A stretch of 61,043 nucleotides of DNA from a virus (taxonomy: Duplodnaviria; Caudoviricetes), in IMG/VR virus record IMGVR_UViG_3300030117_002966, positions 1-61,043 of that record, one strand, 5' to 3'. Numbering within the stretch: the stretch's first letter is position 1; each line of letters begins with the position of its first letter. A program made the position numbers and the translations under genes. Shown here in pieces: positions 29,778 through 40,864 of this stretch. Under the pieces are notes generated by a model, which searched no databases, was not told the origin of the DNA, and saw only the letters and a program-made list of their open reading frames with translations.

Positions 29778-30371
29778 CTACAGGTTAGTACCGATAGCAG
29801 TATCGTCTGCATCAGTTGCGAATGTTGGTGTGATATAAGACATAAATTCTAGTGTCTCATCCATTGTTCCATCCGTATTAACAGTAACACTGTGTGATTG
29901 AATACAACATCCCGGAATGGTTATAGTTTCATCATTACCTGTGGATGCATCTATTTGTATATATAGTCTGTATCCGTGGTACTTATCTGGTTGTTCTAAT
30001 CCATCCCATACGGCGTTGGTGCCGTTTTGTGTACCATATCGTGCTTCGTTGAAAAGAACATCGAATTGTTCATTTTCTTTTTTGCGTGTTATAGTAACTG
30101 TAGTTTCTTTTTTGATTTCTGCTTTTGTTTGTGAACGCATACCAAAGTAAGCTATGTCTTCATCCATAGCCCCAATACTTACATCGACAGCAGTTATTTG
30201 ACTAAGTTCTGTAAATGATTGGTTTGGTCCAGCTTTAATTACTAAGTCTCCACTTGGTGAAGTTCCTACATCAACTTGTGATGCTGCGTGTCCTGCTGGA
30301 GTTACTCCTATACCTCTGTCACTCTCTGTGGTTATTCCAAATGTTACATCTTTACCTAAGAAAAAAACCAT
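29778..30371 (-). CDS. tail tube protein paralog 2
   Basis: Shares FLG.DV, VTITRKK...FDVLFN, GYRL, H.VT.N.DG...ET.EF.S with the upstream gene. Confidence 0.65.
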   Translation of the reverse strand: MVFFLGKDVTFGITTESDRGIGVTPAGHAASQVDVGTSPSGDLVIKAGPNQSFTELSQITAVDVSIGAMDEDIAYFGMRSQTKAEIKKETTVTITRKKENEQFDVLFNEARYGTQNGTNAVWDGLEQPDKYHGYRLYIQIDASTGNDETITIPGCCIQSHSVTVNTDGTMDETLEFMSYITPTFATDADDTAIGTNL

Positions 30372-30375
30372 ATTA

Positions 30376-31125
30376 TCAGAGCTCCGAAAGTGGTGTCATT
30401 GTTTTATCTATCCATCCGGCTGATGGTTGCGCTGCTGTTGGTGTAAATGGCATTGGTGCTACTGAAGAAGTGAATTCTATTGTTTCCTCTGTAACTCCGT
30501 CTGCATTTAAAGTCACTGTGTGACCTGTTATAGCTGCGTTTCTAACTGTAAATACTTCCTCAGTTGATACTGAATCGTATTGTTTTAATCTTAAGTGTAA
30601 TCTGTATCCATAGCAACAGTTGGCTCCCCCGGCAACATCGTCAGTGTCTCCCATCCATGATGAACCGTCTGCAATTTTTACAGCGGTTGAGCTCGTGTAT
30701 TGTACACCAAATCTTGCTCCCATTCTTTTGTTGTTTGGGGCTCCTACTATAAAGTCTCCTGAATTTGAGGGACCATTAAATAGTACATCGAAAAAGTTAT
30801 TCGATTTTTTGCGCGTAATGGTGACTACGGTTTCTTTTCTTAGTTCTACCTTCTGCATTATTTGAGGTTTACCTAGAAAAGGTCCAACATCTTCATCACT
30901 AACAGATATTGACAGGTCAATTCCTGTCACGTCGTTTATTTGTCCCTTGGCTGCTGTTGCATCCGCTAATGGGGGAATACAGGCACCGCTAGCTGCTGAA
31001 GCTGCTGCTTGAAAAGCAACCTCATCACCGCTTACGATAAGCGCCATATCAGTAGTCGAACTTTTGTTGGTGGTCGACTCCGTAGTTACAAATACGTTTA
31101 CATCTCTTCCTAGGAAATATGTCAT
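30376..31125 (-). CDS. tail tube protein paralog 1
   Basis: Position; own promoter and strong AAGGAG SD; paralogy. Confidence 0.65.
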   Translation of the reverse strand: MTYFLGRDVNVFVTTESTTNKSSTTDMALIVSGDEVAFQAAASAASGACIPPLADATAAKGQINDVTGIDLSISVSDEDVGPFLGKPQIMQKVELRKETVVTITRKKSNNFFDVLFNGPSNSGDFIVGAPNNKRMGARFGVQYTSSTAVKIADGSSWMGDTDDVAGGANCCYGYRLHLRLKQYDSVSTEEVFTVRNAAITGHTVTLNADGVTEETIEFTSSVAPMPFTPTAAQPSAGWIDKTMTPLSEL

Positions 31126-31203
31126 ATTATTTTTTTCTCCTTTTTTTGTCTAGACTTTCAGTACATACATTTCACTCGTTGTATTTTAATTACTTCAACT
31201 TAC

Positions 31204-31216
31204 TATTTAAAGCTTT
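31204..31216 (-). promoter_or_regulatory. BRE-TATA promoter
   Basis: AAAGCTTTAAATA on minus strand. Confidence 0.6.
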
Positions 31217-31218
31217 CT

Positions 31219-32901
31219 CTATAAAGTAGCTTGTTTACCATCAAACGCATAAACACCTGCTCTTCTTGATGTTAAGAAGGGTGATATAGATAAATTTTGA
31301 CCTATCAATTCATCGTTCCAATCATACTGACCTCGGTTCCATACACCATATCCCTTGAATGCAGGGTCATTGTCACCATATATAAATTTCTCTGACATAC
31401 CTCGTCCTAAACCTCGTGACGATTCTTTCCATTTATCAGACAATTGTGCACTTTCTTTCATCAATTTACTAAAAAACATAGCAAAGTCACTAGTGAAACC
31501 GGGATTAGAATAAAATTCTTTAATTTGTCTCAGTAGGTCTTCAGCTATCTCAGCTGGTAACAAACCTGTTACACCATCTCCTCGTTTAGAATTTACTCCT
31601 ACTGCTATATCTATCCCACCTAAAGCAGTTTGAGTTAAGTCAGATGATTGAATGTCACCAATAGATGCTATTCTTGCATCTGTGGATACAGATAAATCAG
31701 CAGAAAGTTGATGAATAGCAGCTGCACTGCGCATAAATGATTCATTTTCAATACTGTCATTAAGTAATGCATTTCGTATTATCATGTCTCTCATGTTTCC
31801 AGAATCACTTCCTTCTCCACCTACAAACCTAACTGCAATATCTGTAACATTAATTTGTGGCCATCCGTCTTTTGTGTCTCCAGTAATTCTAACCATTCCC
31901 ATCATACCTTGTTCTAGAGCACCAAGTGTGACTTGATAGTTATAAGCTAAAGAATCTGCGGTTTGAGAACTGTCTACGTGGCTTAATCGTTGGACACGGT
32001 CAAGTAACTCACGTGTAAATTTTGAATGAATAGAGTCTCCTTTTATGGCCTCTCTGACGTTAAGATGTCTACTGAAATTTTTATCTAACTTTTTACCTGC
32101 TTTTAATATTGTTTTATTGATTTTACTAACTGAAGTTTTAACTTGTTTTTCAAAGGCTTTATCTAAACCACCTGCTTTTTGTACATCCCTTTTACCAAAT
32201 TGTGAAAATAATTTTACACCCTGAGTTCGAGCTTTAGCTACTGTCATTTCTACACCTACACTGTTTCTAGTCATACTTTTACCAAAAGTATCAGTCATGG
32301 CCTTTTCTAATCCTCCACCACCTGCTTCTGAAAAGGAAATATCAAAAGTTTCTCTACTCATCCCTTGTCTTTGTTTTTGAAAGACTGCATCGTTTTGTAA
32401 TTCACTATTCTCACCTGAAAAAGTATTAGGGTCTAACCTATATTCTAATTCTTGAGCTAACATTAAAGCCTCAATTTCGTTAACATCTGTTTGTCTAAAA
32501 CCAGCAGCAGTACGAGATTGAATACCACCAGCTAATTTACCATCTAATATTTTAGAAAATAGAAAACCTAATTCTTGAGCTGCTATTGGCGCGCTTCCTA
32601 ATGAACTAGCTTGCTCTTTAGCAGCAGTCCAATTGTTAGGAGTACCCTTACGAGGGGTTTTTTGATACGCTCCGGTATTCCCTTCATTAATTCTTTTTTG
32701 CCACGGTTGTGGTGGTATACTTCCTCCTTCAGACTGCGGTGCCATATTGAAATAACCAAGACCGGGTTGTGGTCCTGTTGGTGGCATCAACCCTAGTTTA
32801 TATTTTTGGGTCAATGGAAGATATGGTTGTAAACCTATAGTTATAGAACGAAAAACATTTTGGGTTGGAAACTGTCTCCCTGCCAAAGAAAAATTAGACA
32901 T
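31219..32901 (-). CDS. hypothetical morphogenesis-region protein
   Basis: 560-aa ORF between neck and tail genes. Confidence 0.7.
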   Translation of the reverse strand: MSNFSLAGRQFPTQNVFRSITIGLQPYLPLTQKYKLGLMPPTGPQPGLGYFNMAPQSEGGSIPPQPWQKRINEGNTGAYQKTPRKGTPNNWTAAKEQASSLGSAPIAAQELGFLFSKILDGKLAGGIQSRTAAGFRQTDVNEIEALMLAQELEYRLDPNTFSGENSELQNDAVFQKQRQGMSRETFDISFSEAGGGGLEKAMTDTFGKSMTRNSVGVEMTVAKARTQGVKLFSQFGKRDVQKAGGLDKAFEKQVKTSVSKINKTILKAGKKLDKNFSRHLNVREAIKGDSIHSKFTRELLDRVQRLSHVDSSQTADSLAYNYQVTLGALEQGMMGMVRITGDTKDGWPQINVTDIAVRFVGGEGSDSGNMRDMIIRNALLNDSIENESFMRSAAAIHQLSADLSVSTDARIASIGDIQSSDLTQTALGGIDIAVGVNSKRGDGVTGLLPAEIAEDLLRQIKEFYSNPGFTSDFAMFFSKLMKESAQLSDKWKESSRGLGRGMSEKFIYGDNDPAFKGYGVWNRGQYDWNDELIGQNLSISPFLTSRRAGVYAFDGKQATL

Positions 32902-32904
32902 CTA

Positions 32905-33423
32905 TCACCTATTGTTTTTAAACACAATAACCATGGTTGCCATGGCTGCCCATATTTCTAAATCAGGATTATATCCGATATCTGTGAAACCAGTAAAATG
33001 GCGCTCTACAACTTCTGTCGTAGTGCTGTTATAATTAACGTCCATAAGTACATTAGCGCTATTAAGCATGAGATAATTAAGCAATCTTCTTTCTTTATAG
33101 GGCTCCCCTTCTACCGTAATAGTGCTAGCTCTATCTACCAATACATGTATTTTAAAGCCTACTCCATAGAGCTCCCCTTTTGCTGCTGTATTAGAGCCAC
33201 CAAAAGTAAGGTCTTGCCCCATAAATTGAGTCTCTATTCCGTTAGCTGCCATTTCTGTAATTATGCTGGGATACTTAGTTTGGTCTGTGGTTGGAAATTG
33301 CCCAAATACTGTAACGTCGTTATCGGTCCAAGCTGTGCTAGTTCCTGTTGCTGTGTTATAAGTACCGCTTCGTAAATTATCGATTAGTTTACGTTCGACT
33401 ATATTTAAATGGTCTACTGCCAT
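32905..33423 (-). CDS. putative tail terminator/completion protein
   Basis: Size, synteny, FP....YPSI motif. Confidence 0.5.
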   Translation of the reverse strand: MAVDHLNIVERKLIDNLRSGTYNTATGTSTAWTDNDVTVFGQFPTTDQTKYPSIITEMAANGIETQFMGQDLTFGGSNTAAKGELYGVGFKIHVLVDRASTITVEGEPYKERRLLNYLMLNSANVLMDVNYNSTTTEVVERHFTGFTDIGYNPDLEIWAAMATMVIVFKNNR

Positions 33424-34376
33424 TATTCGTAAGCCCTCCTTCTTGCATCATCGCGTCCTGATGTGCGAACACAATTGAATATTATGTATCCATCTGTTAA
33501 ATCTTTTAGAGAATGTACATGCCATGATACTGATTTGTAATATTCTACTTCTTTTATTTGAATAGTGTTAGTAGTGGCTGTAAATCCTGTGTAATTTATT
33601 TGAAACGCTTTTACATTTTTTTCATAATCATAAGTTCCAGCTATAGTAGTTGCATAGCGTGTTCCATCTCTGTATATACTTGTAGCTGTGCTTCCTGAAA
33701 TGTAAGGTAAATCTATAGTTAACCATTCACCACTAGGAATCGTTAAAGAAGATGGGGTATAAGTTAACGTTTGGTCAGATACGTTTAGTGACGTTCCTGA
33801 TGTAAGTGTAGCTGTAAAGTTTGTTTTGATTCTAAATCTAATTCTATCTGCTTCAAGTGCATTTTTATTAGTAGCTGTATATTTTAGATATCCATTACCT
33901 GTTAATGTATTTGTGATTGATTCATCGTCACTTGCAATTGAACCAGAATCTGTACTCCAATTTCCTGTTCCAGATGTAGGGATACTTAGAACAGTGCGAT
34001 AATTAGTAATTAATCTATCCCAACCTTCTATCTCATTAAAATTAGTGTTATTATCTTGGTTAAAGTTGTCAAAGTTTTTTATAGTTTCCATGTTAGGTGT
34101 ATATATTCTAGCTGCACCAATGATATTATTACCTTGTCTTTCTTGCTGATAATCTGCTGTAACTGTAGGTCTTATAATTGCTGGTAAATCTGGTAATAAA
34201 ATTTCGTCAGAACCTATAGTTCCGGAAGGTACTCCATAATCATCTGTTTTATAAATAGCAGGTCTATGATATGTAACGTGTTGAGCTTGCTCAGTTCGAT
34301 ATCTCAGTGCGCGAAACACTCGATTCATATTCAAAGCGCCCGGACGAACACCCTGAGAACCAATTAAACCGGGCAT
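33423..34376 (-). CDS. putative head-closure protein with inserted beta domain
   Basis: Synteny; D.YG.P N-terminus. Confidence 0.45.
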   Translation of the reverse strand: MPGLIGSQGVRPGALNMNRVFRALRYRTEQAQHVTYHRPAIYKTDDYGVPSGTIGSDEILLPDLPAIIRPTVTADYQQERQGNNIIGAARIYTPNMETIKNFDNFNQDNNTNFNEIEGWDRLITNYRTVLSIPTSGTGNWSTDSGSIASDDESITNTLTGNGYLKYTATNKNALEADRIRFRIKTNFTATLTSGTSLNVSDQTLTYTPSSLTIPSGEWLTIDLPYISGSTATSIYRDGTRYATTIAGTYDYEKNVKAFQINYTGFTATTNTIQIKEVEYYKSVSWHVHSLKDLTDGYIIFNCVRTSGRDDARRRAYE

Positions 34377-34852
34377 TAATACCCTCCATCGCCTCTAGTA
34401 CCTTTAGGAACTGGATACATTTGTTTTGTCGCATCGACACCAGTAACGTTTTTATTCCAGTTAACATTGCCGAGCCATGGGTCAGCGTTGTAGGTAGTTG
34501 TCTTAATACTGAGACTTTGTTTCATTACCAATTCTTGTTCTGCTAATTCTTTAAAATGAATGAATTGGTCACCTTCATAATAAACTGCTAAATCTCCCAC
34601 TTGAATGCGCTCTATGCCCATTCCATTTTGTGCGATAGATGATAAGTAACAAGAATAATACATAACTGCGTTGTCATATGCAGCGTCTGCACCGACCGTA
34701 TAAGCTGTTCCAATTTGAGATTTAAACCAATCACTAGCTACACTAATTAGAAGGTCAAGAGTTTCATTATCTAATTCAACTTGCTCTATGCCTGCCATTA
34801 AACGTACACGCGTTCTTAAATCATCTAAATTTGATATAGCTGTTATTGCCAT
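34376..34852 (-). CDS. putative head-tail adaptor
   Basis: Synteny; IQVGDLAVYY motif. Confidence 0.55.
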   Translation of the reverse strand: MAITAISNLDDLRTRVRLMAGIEQVELDNETLDLLISVASDWFKSQIGTAYTVGADAAYDNAVMYYSCYLSSIAQNGMGIERIQVGDLAVYYEGDQFIHFKELAEQELVMKQSLSIKTTTYNADPWLGNVNWNKNVTGVDATKQMYPVPKGTRGDGGY

Positions 34853-34853
34853 C

Positions 34854-35063
34854 TTACATCATCCCCATTGCACCTGCACCACCAGCTGCTGTAACTATTA
34901 CAGCCAACCAACGTTGTAAAGATGCTTTTATATCATTTTCCCACATTTCGTGGTGTGATAGGTGGTTGGTAAAAAGAGTTTCGAACTTATCCATACGATT
35001 GTATATTGTTTTGATACGCTCGTCCATGCGGATTAGTAACTCCTCGCGTTCCCAATCATCCAT
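34854..35063 (-). CDS. small coiled-coil plus C-terminal TM protein (holin/XhlA-like)
   Basis: LLIRMDER... plus hydrophobic end; GAGGTGA SD. Confidence 0.5.
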   Translation of the reverse strand: MDDWEREELLIRMDERIKTIYNRMDKFETLFTNHLSHHEMWENDIKASLQRWLAVIVTAAGGAGAMGMM

Positions 35064-35084
35064 ATGTAATATCACCTCTAATCA

Positions 35085-35097
35085 TATTTAAAGCTTT
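35085..35097 (-). promoter_or_regulatory. BRE-TATA promoter
   Basis: AAAGCTTTAAATA. Confidence 0.5.
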
Positions 35098-35282
35098 CCT
35101 CCACATTCAGAACAACCCGGACATTTTTTAGGTTTATCTAGTTCGACGTTGTTGTTCCCTTTATATATTTTATGTTCTGGTATATGACTCCAATCACCAC
35201 TGACTGGTATAATCATCATATTTTCTGGCAAGTCTTTCCAAAAATCTTTTGGGACATTAGTTACATTTATTTGTTTGCTCAT
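35088..35282 (-). CDS. small hypothetical protein (CxxCxxC)
   Basis: ORF track; ATGA-coupled. Confidence 0.55.
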   Translation of the reverse strand: MSKQINVTNVPKDFWKDLPENMMIIPVSGDWSHIPEHKIYKGNNNVELDKPKKCPGCSECGGKL

Positions 35283-38095
35283 GGGTTACTCGTTAGTATT
35301 CCTTTTGTGAATACCAGTTGTCTCGTATTTGCTATTACATCTACTATGAATGGTCGTCCATCTGGACACTGTACTCCAAATCCGGGGTCACAAATTAAAA
35401 GAGCTATACTTTCTACATAATCTACTGTAGCTGCTATACCGGCTGTACCTGCTACTGGATTTATATTATTAGATGCTCCTTCAAAGGTTACTCCATCTTT
35501 GTCTATCTTTAATAAATCTTCATGGTCTGCATCAGTATTTGCACCATAACCAATAATTAAATCACCATTATTTTCGGTATCTGCATCCATGTTGATAAAT
35601 ATATCACGGAAAGCTTCTATTACAAGTGGTTTAGCATCGTTATCAGATGCCTGTCTCCAAAGTGTAGCTCCTGCACCGTAACCAAAATTATCAGAATGGT
35701 CGTGAATTATAAATGAATCACTACCGTTACCGAATTTAAGTTTAGTATCGTCTAATATTTTAAGACTAGTTCCATCCCATGTGAATTTATTAATTCCTCC
35801 AAATGATGAACTATTATTGTATTGTATTTCTTGGTTAGAACCACCGGGTGAACCACCACCACCGCCGCTACCAGAAGGTCCTTGTACTCCTTGTGTACCA
35901 GTTCCAGTATTTCCTTGTCCTCCTTGTGTACCGGTTCCAGTAGTTCCTTGTTTACCTTGTAAACCTTGTTTACCTTGTAATCCTTGTCCACCTTGCGCTC
36001 CTCCTGCACCACCTGCACCTGTAGCACCTTGTGGTCCTGTACCACCTGTATTACCTGTAGTACCTTGTTTACCTTGTAATCCTTGTCCACCTTGCGCTCC
36101 TCCTGCACCACCTGCACCTGTAGCACCTTGTGGTCCTGTACCGCCTGTATTACCTGTAGTACCTGTAGTTCCTTGTTTACCTTGTAATCCTTGTTTACCT
36201 TGTAAACCTTGACCACCTTGTGTTCCTGTTGAACCACCTGCACCTGTAGCACCTTGTGGTCCTGTACCGCCTGTATTACCTGTAGTTCCTTGTTTACCTT
36301 GTAATCCTTGACCACCTTGAACACCAGTATTACCTGTAGTACCCGTAGCACCTTGTGGTCCTGTACCGCCTGTATTACCTGTAGTTCCTGTAGTTCCTTG
36401 TTTACCTTGTAATCCTTGTTTACCTTGTAATCCTTGTCCACCTTGTGTTCCTGTTGCACCACCTGCACCTGTAGCACCTTGTGGTCCTGTATTACCTGTA
36501 GTTCCTGTAGTTCCTTGTTTACCTTGTAATCCTTGCCCACCTTGAACACCAGTATTACCTATGGTTCCTTGTCCACCTTGTACTCCGGTATTACCTGTAG
36601 TTCCTGTAGTTCCTTGTTTACCTTGTAATCCCTGCCCACCTTGAACACCAGTATTACCTGTAGTACCTGTAGCACCTTGTGGTCCTGTATTACCTGTAGT
36701 TCCTGTAGTTCCTTGTTTACCTTGTAATCCCTGCCCACCTTGAACACCAGTATTACCTATGGTTCCTTGTCCACCTTGTACTCCGGTATTACCTGTAGTT
36801 CCTGTAGTTCCTTGACCACCTTGTATACCCTGTTTACCTTGTAATCCTTGTCCACCTTGTGTTCCTGTTGCACCACCTGCACCTGTAGCACCTTGTGGTC
36901 CTGTATTACCTGTAGTTCCTGTATTTCCTTGTCCACCTTGAATACCTTGACCACCTTGAACACCAGTATTACCTGTAGTTCCTTGTCCACCTTGTACTCC
37001 AGTATTACCTGTAGTTCCTGTAGTTCCTTGCCCACCTTGTACTCCTTGTATTCCTTGACCCCCTTGAATACCTTGACCACCTTGTGTTCCTGTTGAACCA
37101 CCTGCACCTGTAGCACCTTGTGGTCCTGTATTACCTTGTACACCTTGTCCTCCTTGAGCACCTGCTTGCACAAAAGTAACTACACAATCATCACCATTAC
37201 TAAAAGTACCATTATTATCAACAAACTGTACTTGTACTTCCTCATAAGCTGTAGTTCCTGCACCACCGCCAACATTTGCTCCTGTAATATTAAAAGTAAT
37301 AAAAACTGTAGAATCATCAGTTTTAAATATTCTTAAATGTCCTCTTACCGCGCCAGTTCCATCATCGAGTGAATCTACCCAATCACTAACGTCAGTAGTA
37401 TTAATGTCAAAATTAGATAAACCTACTTTACTAACAGAACCATAAGCAGGTAAACCTCCTCCACCGGGCACTGGAATATTAAATCCAAAATTAGTTTGTC
37501 CCGGTGAACCAGCAGTAATATCAAAACTACTGTAATTATATTCTATACTATTTCCACCAAATAATCCGTGATTACCTTGTACACCTTGTCCTCCTTGTAC
37601 ACCTTGTCCTCCTTGAATACCTTGTTTTCCTTGAAGTCCTTGACCACCTTGTATACCCTGTTTACCTTGTAATCCTTGTATTCCTTGACCCCCTTGAATA
37701 CCTTGTCTACCTTGTAAACCTTGACCACCTTGTACTCCGGTATTACCTGTAGTTCCTTGCCCACCTTGTACTCCTTGTATTCCTTGACCCCCTTGAATAC
37801 CTTGTCTACCTTGTAAACCTTGACCACCTTGTGTTCCTGTGTTACCGGTAGTTCCTTGTCTACCTTGTAATCCCTGTCCTCCTTGGATACCTTGTTTACC
37901 TTGTAATCCTTGTCCACCTTGTGTTCCTGTTGAACCACCCGCACCTGTAGTCCCTTGTCCACCTTGTAATCCTTGTATTCCTTGACCCCCTTGTACACCT
38001 TGTCCTCCTTGAGCACCTGCGGCACCTGATTCGGTATTACGTCGGTTGACGGCGTTGTGAGCTAAACTCTTCAGAACTTTATTATATCTGGCCAT
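35279..38095 (-). CDS. collagen-like (Gly-X-Y) fibre protein
   Basis: Two long G-X-Q/G-X-T triplet tracts split by a globular insert; C-terminal globular domain. Confidence 0.9.
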   Translation of the reverse strand: MARYNKVLKSLAHNAVNRRNTESGAAGAQGGQGVQGGQGIQGLQGGQGTTGAGGSTGTQGGQGLQGKQGIQGGQGLQGRQGTTGNTGTQGGQGLQGRQGIQGGQGIQGVQGGQGTTGNTGVQGGQGLQGRQGIQGGQGIQGLQGKQGIQGGQGLQGKQGIQGGQGVQGGQGVQGNHGLFGGNSIEYNYSSFDITAGSPGQTNFGFNIPVPGGGGLPAYGSVSKVGLSNFDINTTDVSDWVDSLDDGTGAVRGHLRIFKTDDSTVFITFNITGANVGGGAGTTAYEEVQVQFVDNNGTFSNGDDCVVTFVQAGAQGGQGVQGNTGPQGATGAGGSTGTQGGQGIQGGQGIQGVQGGQGTTGTTGNTGVQGGQGTTGNTGVQGGQGIQGGQGNTGTTGNTGPQGATGAGGATGTQGGQGLQGKQGIQGGQGTTGTTGNTGVQGGQGTIGNTGVQGGQGLQGKQGTTGTTGNTGPQGATGTTGNTGVQGGQGLQGKQGTTGTTGNTGVQGGQGTIGNTGVQGGQGLQGKQGTTGTTGNTGPQGATGAGGATGTQGGQGLQGKQGLQGKQGTTGTTGNTGGTGPQGATGTTGNTGVQGGQGLQGKQGTTGNTGGTGPQGATGAGGSTGTQGGQGLQGKQGLQGKQGTTGTTGNTGGTGPQGATGAGGAGGAQGGQGLQGKQGTTGNTGGTGPQGATGAGGAGGAQGGQGLQGKQGLQGKQGTTGTGTQGGQGNTGTGTQGVQGPSGSGGGGGSPGGSNQEIQYNNSSSFGGINKFTWDGTSLKILDDTKLKFGNGSDSFIIHDHSDNFGYGAGATLWRQASDNDAKPLVIEAFRDIFINMDADTENNGDLIIGYGANTDADHEDLLKIDKDGVTFEGASNNINPVAGTAGIAATVDYVESIALLICDPGFGVQCPDGRPFIVDVIANTRQLVFTKGILTSNP
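35880..38020. repeat. 9-nt-period coding repeats with higher-order block duplications
   Basis: CCTTGT/CCTGT units every 9 nt (about 35880-37160 and 37570-38020). Confidence 0.9.
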
Positions 38096-38103
38096 ATTAT
38101 CTT

Positions 38104-38133
38104 AAAAAAAAGGACAGCAGGGCTCAGCCCTGC
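38104..38133 (-). terminator. hairpin plus T-tract
   Basis: GCAGGGC-TGA-GCCCTGC then TGTCC and a T run. Confidence 0.5.
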
Positions 38134-38177
38134 CATCTTAGTTTGGTTTAAATTATAGTTTTAATTCTTTAATTTAT

Positions 38178-39230
38178 TTAACCAACAACCTCAGTCATTT
38201 CCATACGACAAACCCAATTGATGTTTTTACCTGCTGCACCCGTACAGAGAACTTGAATTCCTCCGTCAGTAGTATCAGCTGTGGCATTAATGTCCCAATT
38301 GCTATCATCTTCGTGTATGACTGTCTTTGTTACTGAACCTAATAATGCAGTAGTTCCTGCACTAGCGTTTCTGTCTAAAGCTCCTACAAGTGTATAAGCT
38401 GCACAATCATCGTCAGTACCTGTATTTCTTGCAATTATAGAAACCTTAAAAACACCTGCACTGTCGTTTGGTATGTTGAAACCTGAAACATTACTAGAAT
38501 GACCAGCTACTGCTTCAACAGGTGTTGCGCTAGTAGTTTGACATTTTAAAATGATTTCACTAGTTTGAGCATCACCAACAGCAGAAAATTGTCTTCCAGC
38601 TAATGTTCTTTGTCCGTAAAACCTTGTATCTGCTCCACGACCACTTGTAAACGAATAATCACTTTGCTCGGCAGCTGCACTACCTATACTGTGACCTACA
38701 CCAACAGCACCAAGACCAACTATACCATCGTCTACGGTAATCGCTTCACCAACTACCAAGTTTATGTTAGAATTAGTTCCAAGTTTATTTTCGAAACCAA
38801 CTACACAATTGTAGCTTCCTGAAACTAACTGTGATTCTCCAACAACTAATGAAGCGTCTCCGTTAGAAGTTACAGTATTATCGTATCCTGCAATTAATGC
38901 ATAACTAGCACCGCTGTGAGTGTTGTTTCTACCAAAACAAGCAGCATAATCTGAGTCAGCAGTATTACCTGAACCTATTACTATATTTCCTGTTGGTGAG
39001 TTTGTTGCATTCAAAGTGTTATTTTTACCTGCGACTATATTTCCTAAAGAACCTCCTAATGAGGCTCCTGAAGCTATCGAATTTCCAGAACCAACAACTA
39101 AAGATGCATTACCTGCATTTGTGTTACTGGTTCCTATTGCTACTCCTCCATAAAATAAACCAGCAGAGGTTGCTGATGGAGTAAGCGTGTTTGCGCCAAA
39201 GGACGCATATTTTCCAAATTTATATCCCAT
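38178..39230 (-). CDS. virion fibre/spike with beta-roll (YadA-head-like) repeats
   Basis: Repeated s.v.G..N units. Confidence 0.6.
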   Translation of the reverse strand: MGYKFGKYASFGANTLTPSATSAGLFYGGVAIGTSNTNAGNASLVVGSGNSIASGASLGGSLGNIVAGKNNTLNATNSPTGNIVIGSGNTADSDYAACFGRNNTHSGASYALIAGYDNTVTSNGDASLVVGESQLVSGSYNCVVGFENKLGTNSNINLVVGEAITVDDGIVGLGAVGVGHSIGSAAAEQSDYSFTSGRGADTRFYGQRTLAGRQFSAVGDAQTSEIILKCQTTSATPVEAVAGHSSNVSGFNIPNDSAGVFKVSIIARNTGTDDDCAAYTLVGALDRNASAGTTALLGSVTKTVIHEDDSNWDINATADTTDGGIQVLCTGAAGKNINWVCRMEMTEVVG

Positions 39231-39364
39231 ATTTTATCTCCTGTTAATTAAATATTACAGCCGCCGTAGAAGACCTTTCCCAAGGCTTGCAACCATAATT
39301 GTTATATTAATCATAAAGTGGAAGGCATTTCATCGCCAGCCTTCCAAAGGCTAATTAACTAAGC

Positions 39365-40471
39365 TTAACCAGAAGCTCCGTTAATAAATACTGTACCAAC
39401 TTCTGGTCTTACGACCTTGAGTCCGTATCTCATAGACATGTATGAGCCGACAATTCCGAATCCGGGATTGGCTTCTTCTACAGTCAATGGTCTTCTTTCT
39501 ACATAAACCATAGGTTTAGATGAAAGGTCAAAGATACCGAACCTTGTGGAAGGTACATATGCGTTTACAACGACAGTAAGACCGTACAATGAACCAACGA
39601 CACCAGTTGAAGCAGTCTGAGCGACTGGGCTTCCGGGCATCATAGCTGCTTGTGTTGGGTTAGCTGCACCACCTGCTTCTCCCATAGCTGCTGTGAAAGC
39701 AGTTACGAAGTCGCCTAAGTCTAATAAAGACTTGTAAGCGGCTGGGGAGATGAACAAGTGAGTTGCATTGTATCCACGGGTAGCTACTCTATCAATACCT
39801 TGGGTAACATCAGAGAGAGCGATGTCTCCTGCTGAGTCTCCTGCGGCACGGATATAAGAGTTTCGAATCAATCTTGTAGATGATTCGTTACCATATGAAT
39901 CCAAACGTGAAGTTGCTGCATCGATGTCACCAGCCACCATTCCAGTTCCATAGAAACCAGACTGAGGGTTAGTTGAGAAAGTTGTAATAGCACTTTCTGC
40001 GGTTGTTTCATCGATTGCGATGGTTCCGAATGTTGCGTTAGCTGCGTTTGCACCGAAAATAACTTGGACCGCGTGGTCAGTCATGTGTCGGTCGACAGCT
40101 CTGCGGGCTTCATTCAAAGCCATTTCGACTTCATTAAATCTTGAGTCTTCTATCATTCTGCGGGTAACACCTACTGCAATACCCCATTCTTTCACAGAGA
40201 CACGCTCGGAGCGTAGCTTTGTGTGTTGGTATTCAGGAGTTGTTCCTTCGTTAATTTGTTCTAGCTTCATGCTAGGTTTTGCTAAAGTAATATCAATATT
40301 ACCTCCAGTATCAGTTGTCATTGGTTCTGCGAAGAAAGACATGACAGGCAATTCTGCGACTTTGTAGTCCATTATTGCTTGTTTGTAGTCTATTAATACT
40401 CTTTCGCCGACTCCGCCGTTAACTGAGCCTGTGTTCATCGTGGTCAAAAGACCGGGAGTTGCGTCTACCAT
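39365..40471 (-). CDS. major capsid protein (HK97 fold)
   Basis: EG...., VKEWG.....TRRMIED, G.LYGL.V, RYG.KV.RPE; synteny. Confidence 0.88.
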   Translation of the reverse strand: MVDATPGLLTTMNTGSVNGGVGERVLIDYKQAIMDYKVAELPVMSFFAEPMTTDTGGNIDITLAKPSMKLEQINEGTTPEYQHTKLRSERVSVKEWGIAVGVTRRMIEDSRFNEVEMALNEARRAVDRHMTDHAVQVIFGANAANATFGTIAIDETTAESAITTFSTNPQSGFYGTGMVAGDIDAATSRLDSYGNESSTRLIRNSYIRAAGDSAGDIALSDVTQGIDRVATRGYNATHLFISPAAYKSLLDLGDFVTAFTAAMGEAGGAANPTQAAMMPGSPVAQTASTGVVGSLYGLTVVVNAYVPSTRFGIFDLSSKPMVYVERRPLTVEEANPGFGIVGSYMSMRYGLKVVRPEVGTVFINGASG

Positions 40472-40481
40472 TTATATCTCC

Positions 40482-40862
40482 TTATTTGACTAAGACCTTG
40501 AAGTATGATGCTGCACCAGAGTGAGCCTCTAGAGCAATTGCGACAATTTTACCAGCGGTTGTACCTGCTACTAAAATTCCGTCTGCTGCATCTACTTCAC
40601 AAGAAGCACCGCTTGCGATGGTTCCTGTTCCTAGCGCGTTCAAGACTACGCCTTTTCCTGTGATAACACTGGCTATACTGCCGGATGCTGCATCTGTTAA
40701 TGCGAATCCAATGGTTTTTGTGGAACCAGTATCTGTTGCTGGGTCTACTTCTCCATCAGTTTGCATATCCAAGATGTGTCCACCGGATATTGTGGCTCCA
40801 GCTGTGAAAGGAATAATCCTTGCTGGTGCACCACCGTCGTTTACTAAAACTTCTGTTGCCAT
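40482..40862 (-). CDS. capsid cement/decoration protein (DUF2190-like)
   Basis: FTAG.TI..G, IGFALTDAASG, AIALEA. Confidence 0.7.
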   Translation of the reverse strand: MATEVLVNDGGAPARIIPFTAGATISGGHILDMQTDGEVDPATDTGSTKTIGFALTDAASGSIASVITGKGVVLNALGTGTIASGASCEVDAADGILVAGTTAGKIVAIALEAHSGAASYFKVLVK

Positions 40863-40864
40863 TT

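Noticed and set aside
35752-38025. Long alternative-frame ORFs (V/K/Q-rich, P/C-rich) over the collagen gene
   Set aside because: Shadows of the 9-nt repeat; the Gly-X-Y frame explains them.
39318-39347. Hairpin after the MCP gene with GATGA loop as a box C/D or k-loop RNA
   Set aside because: No proper box D; simpler explanation is an attenuating or stabilising hairpin after the capsid gene.
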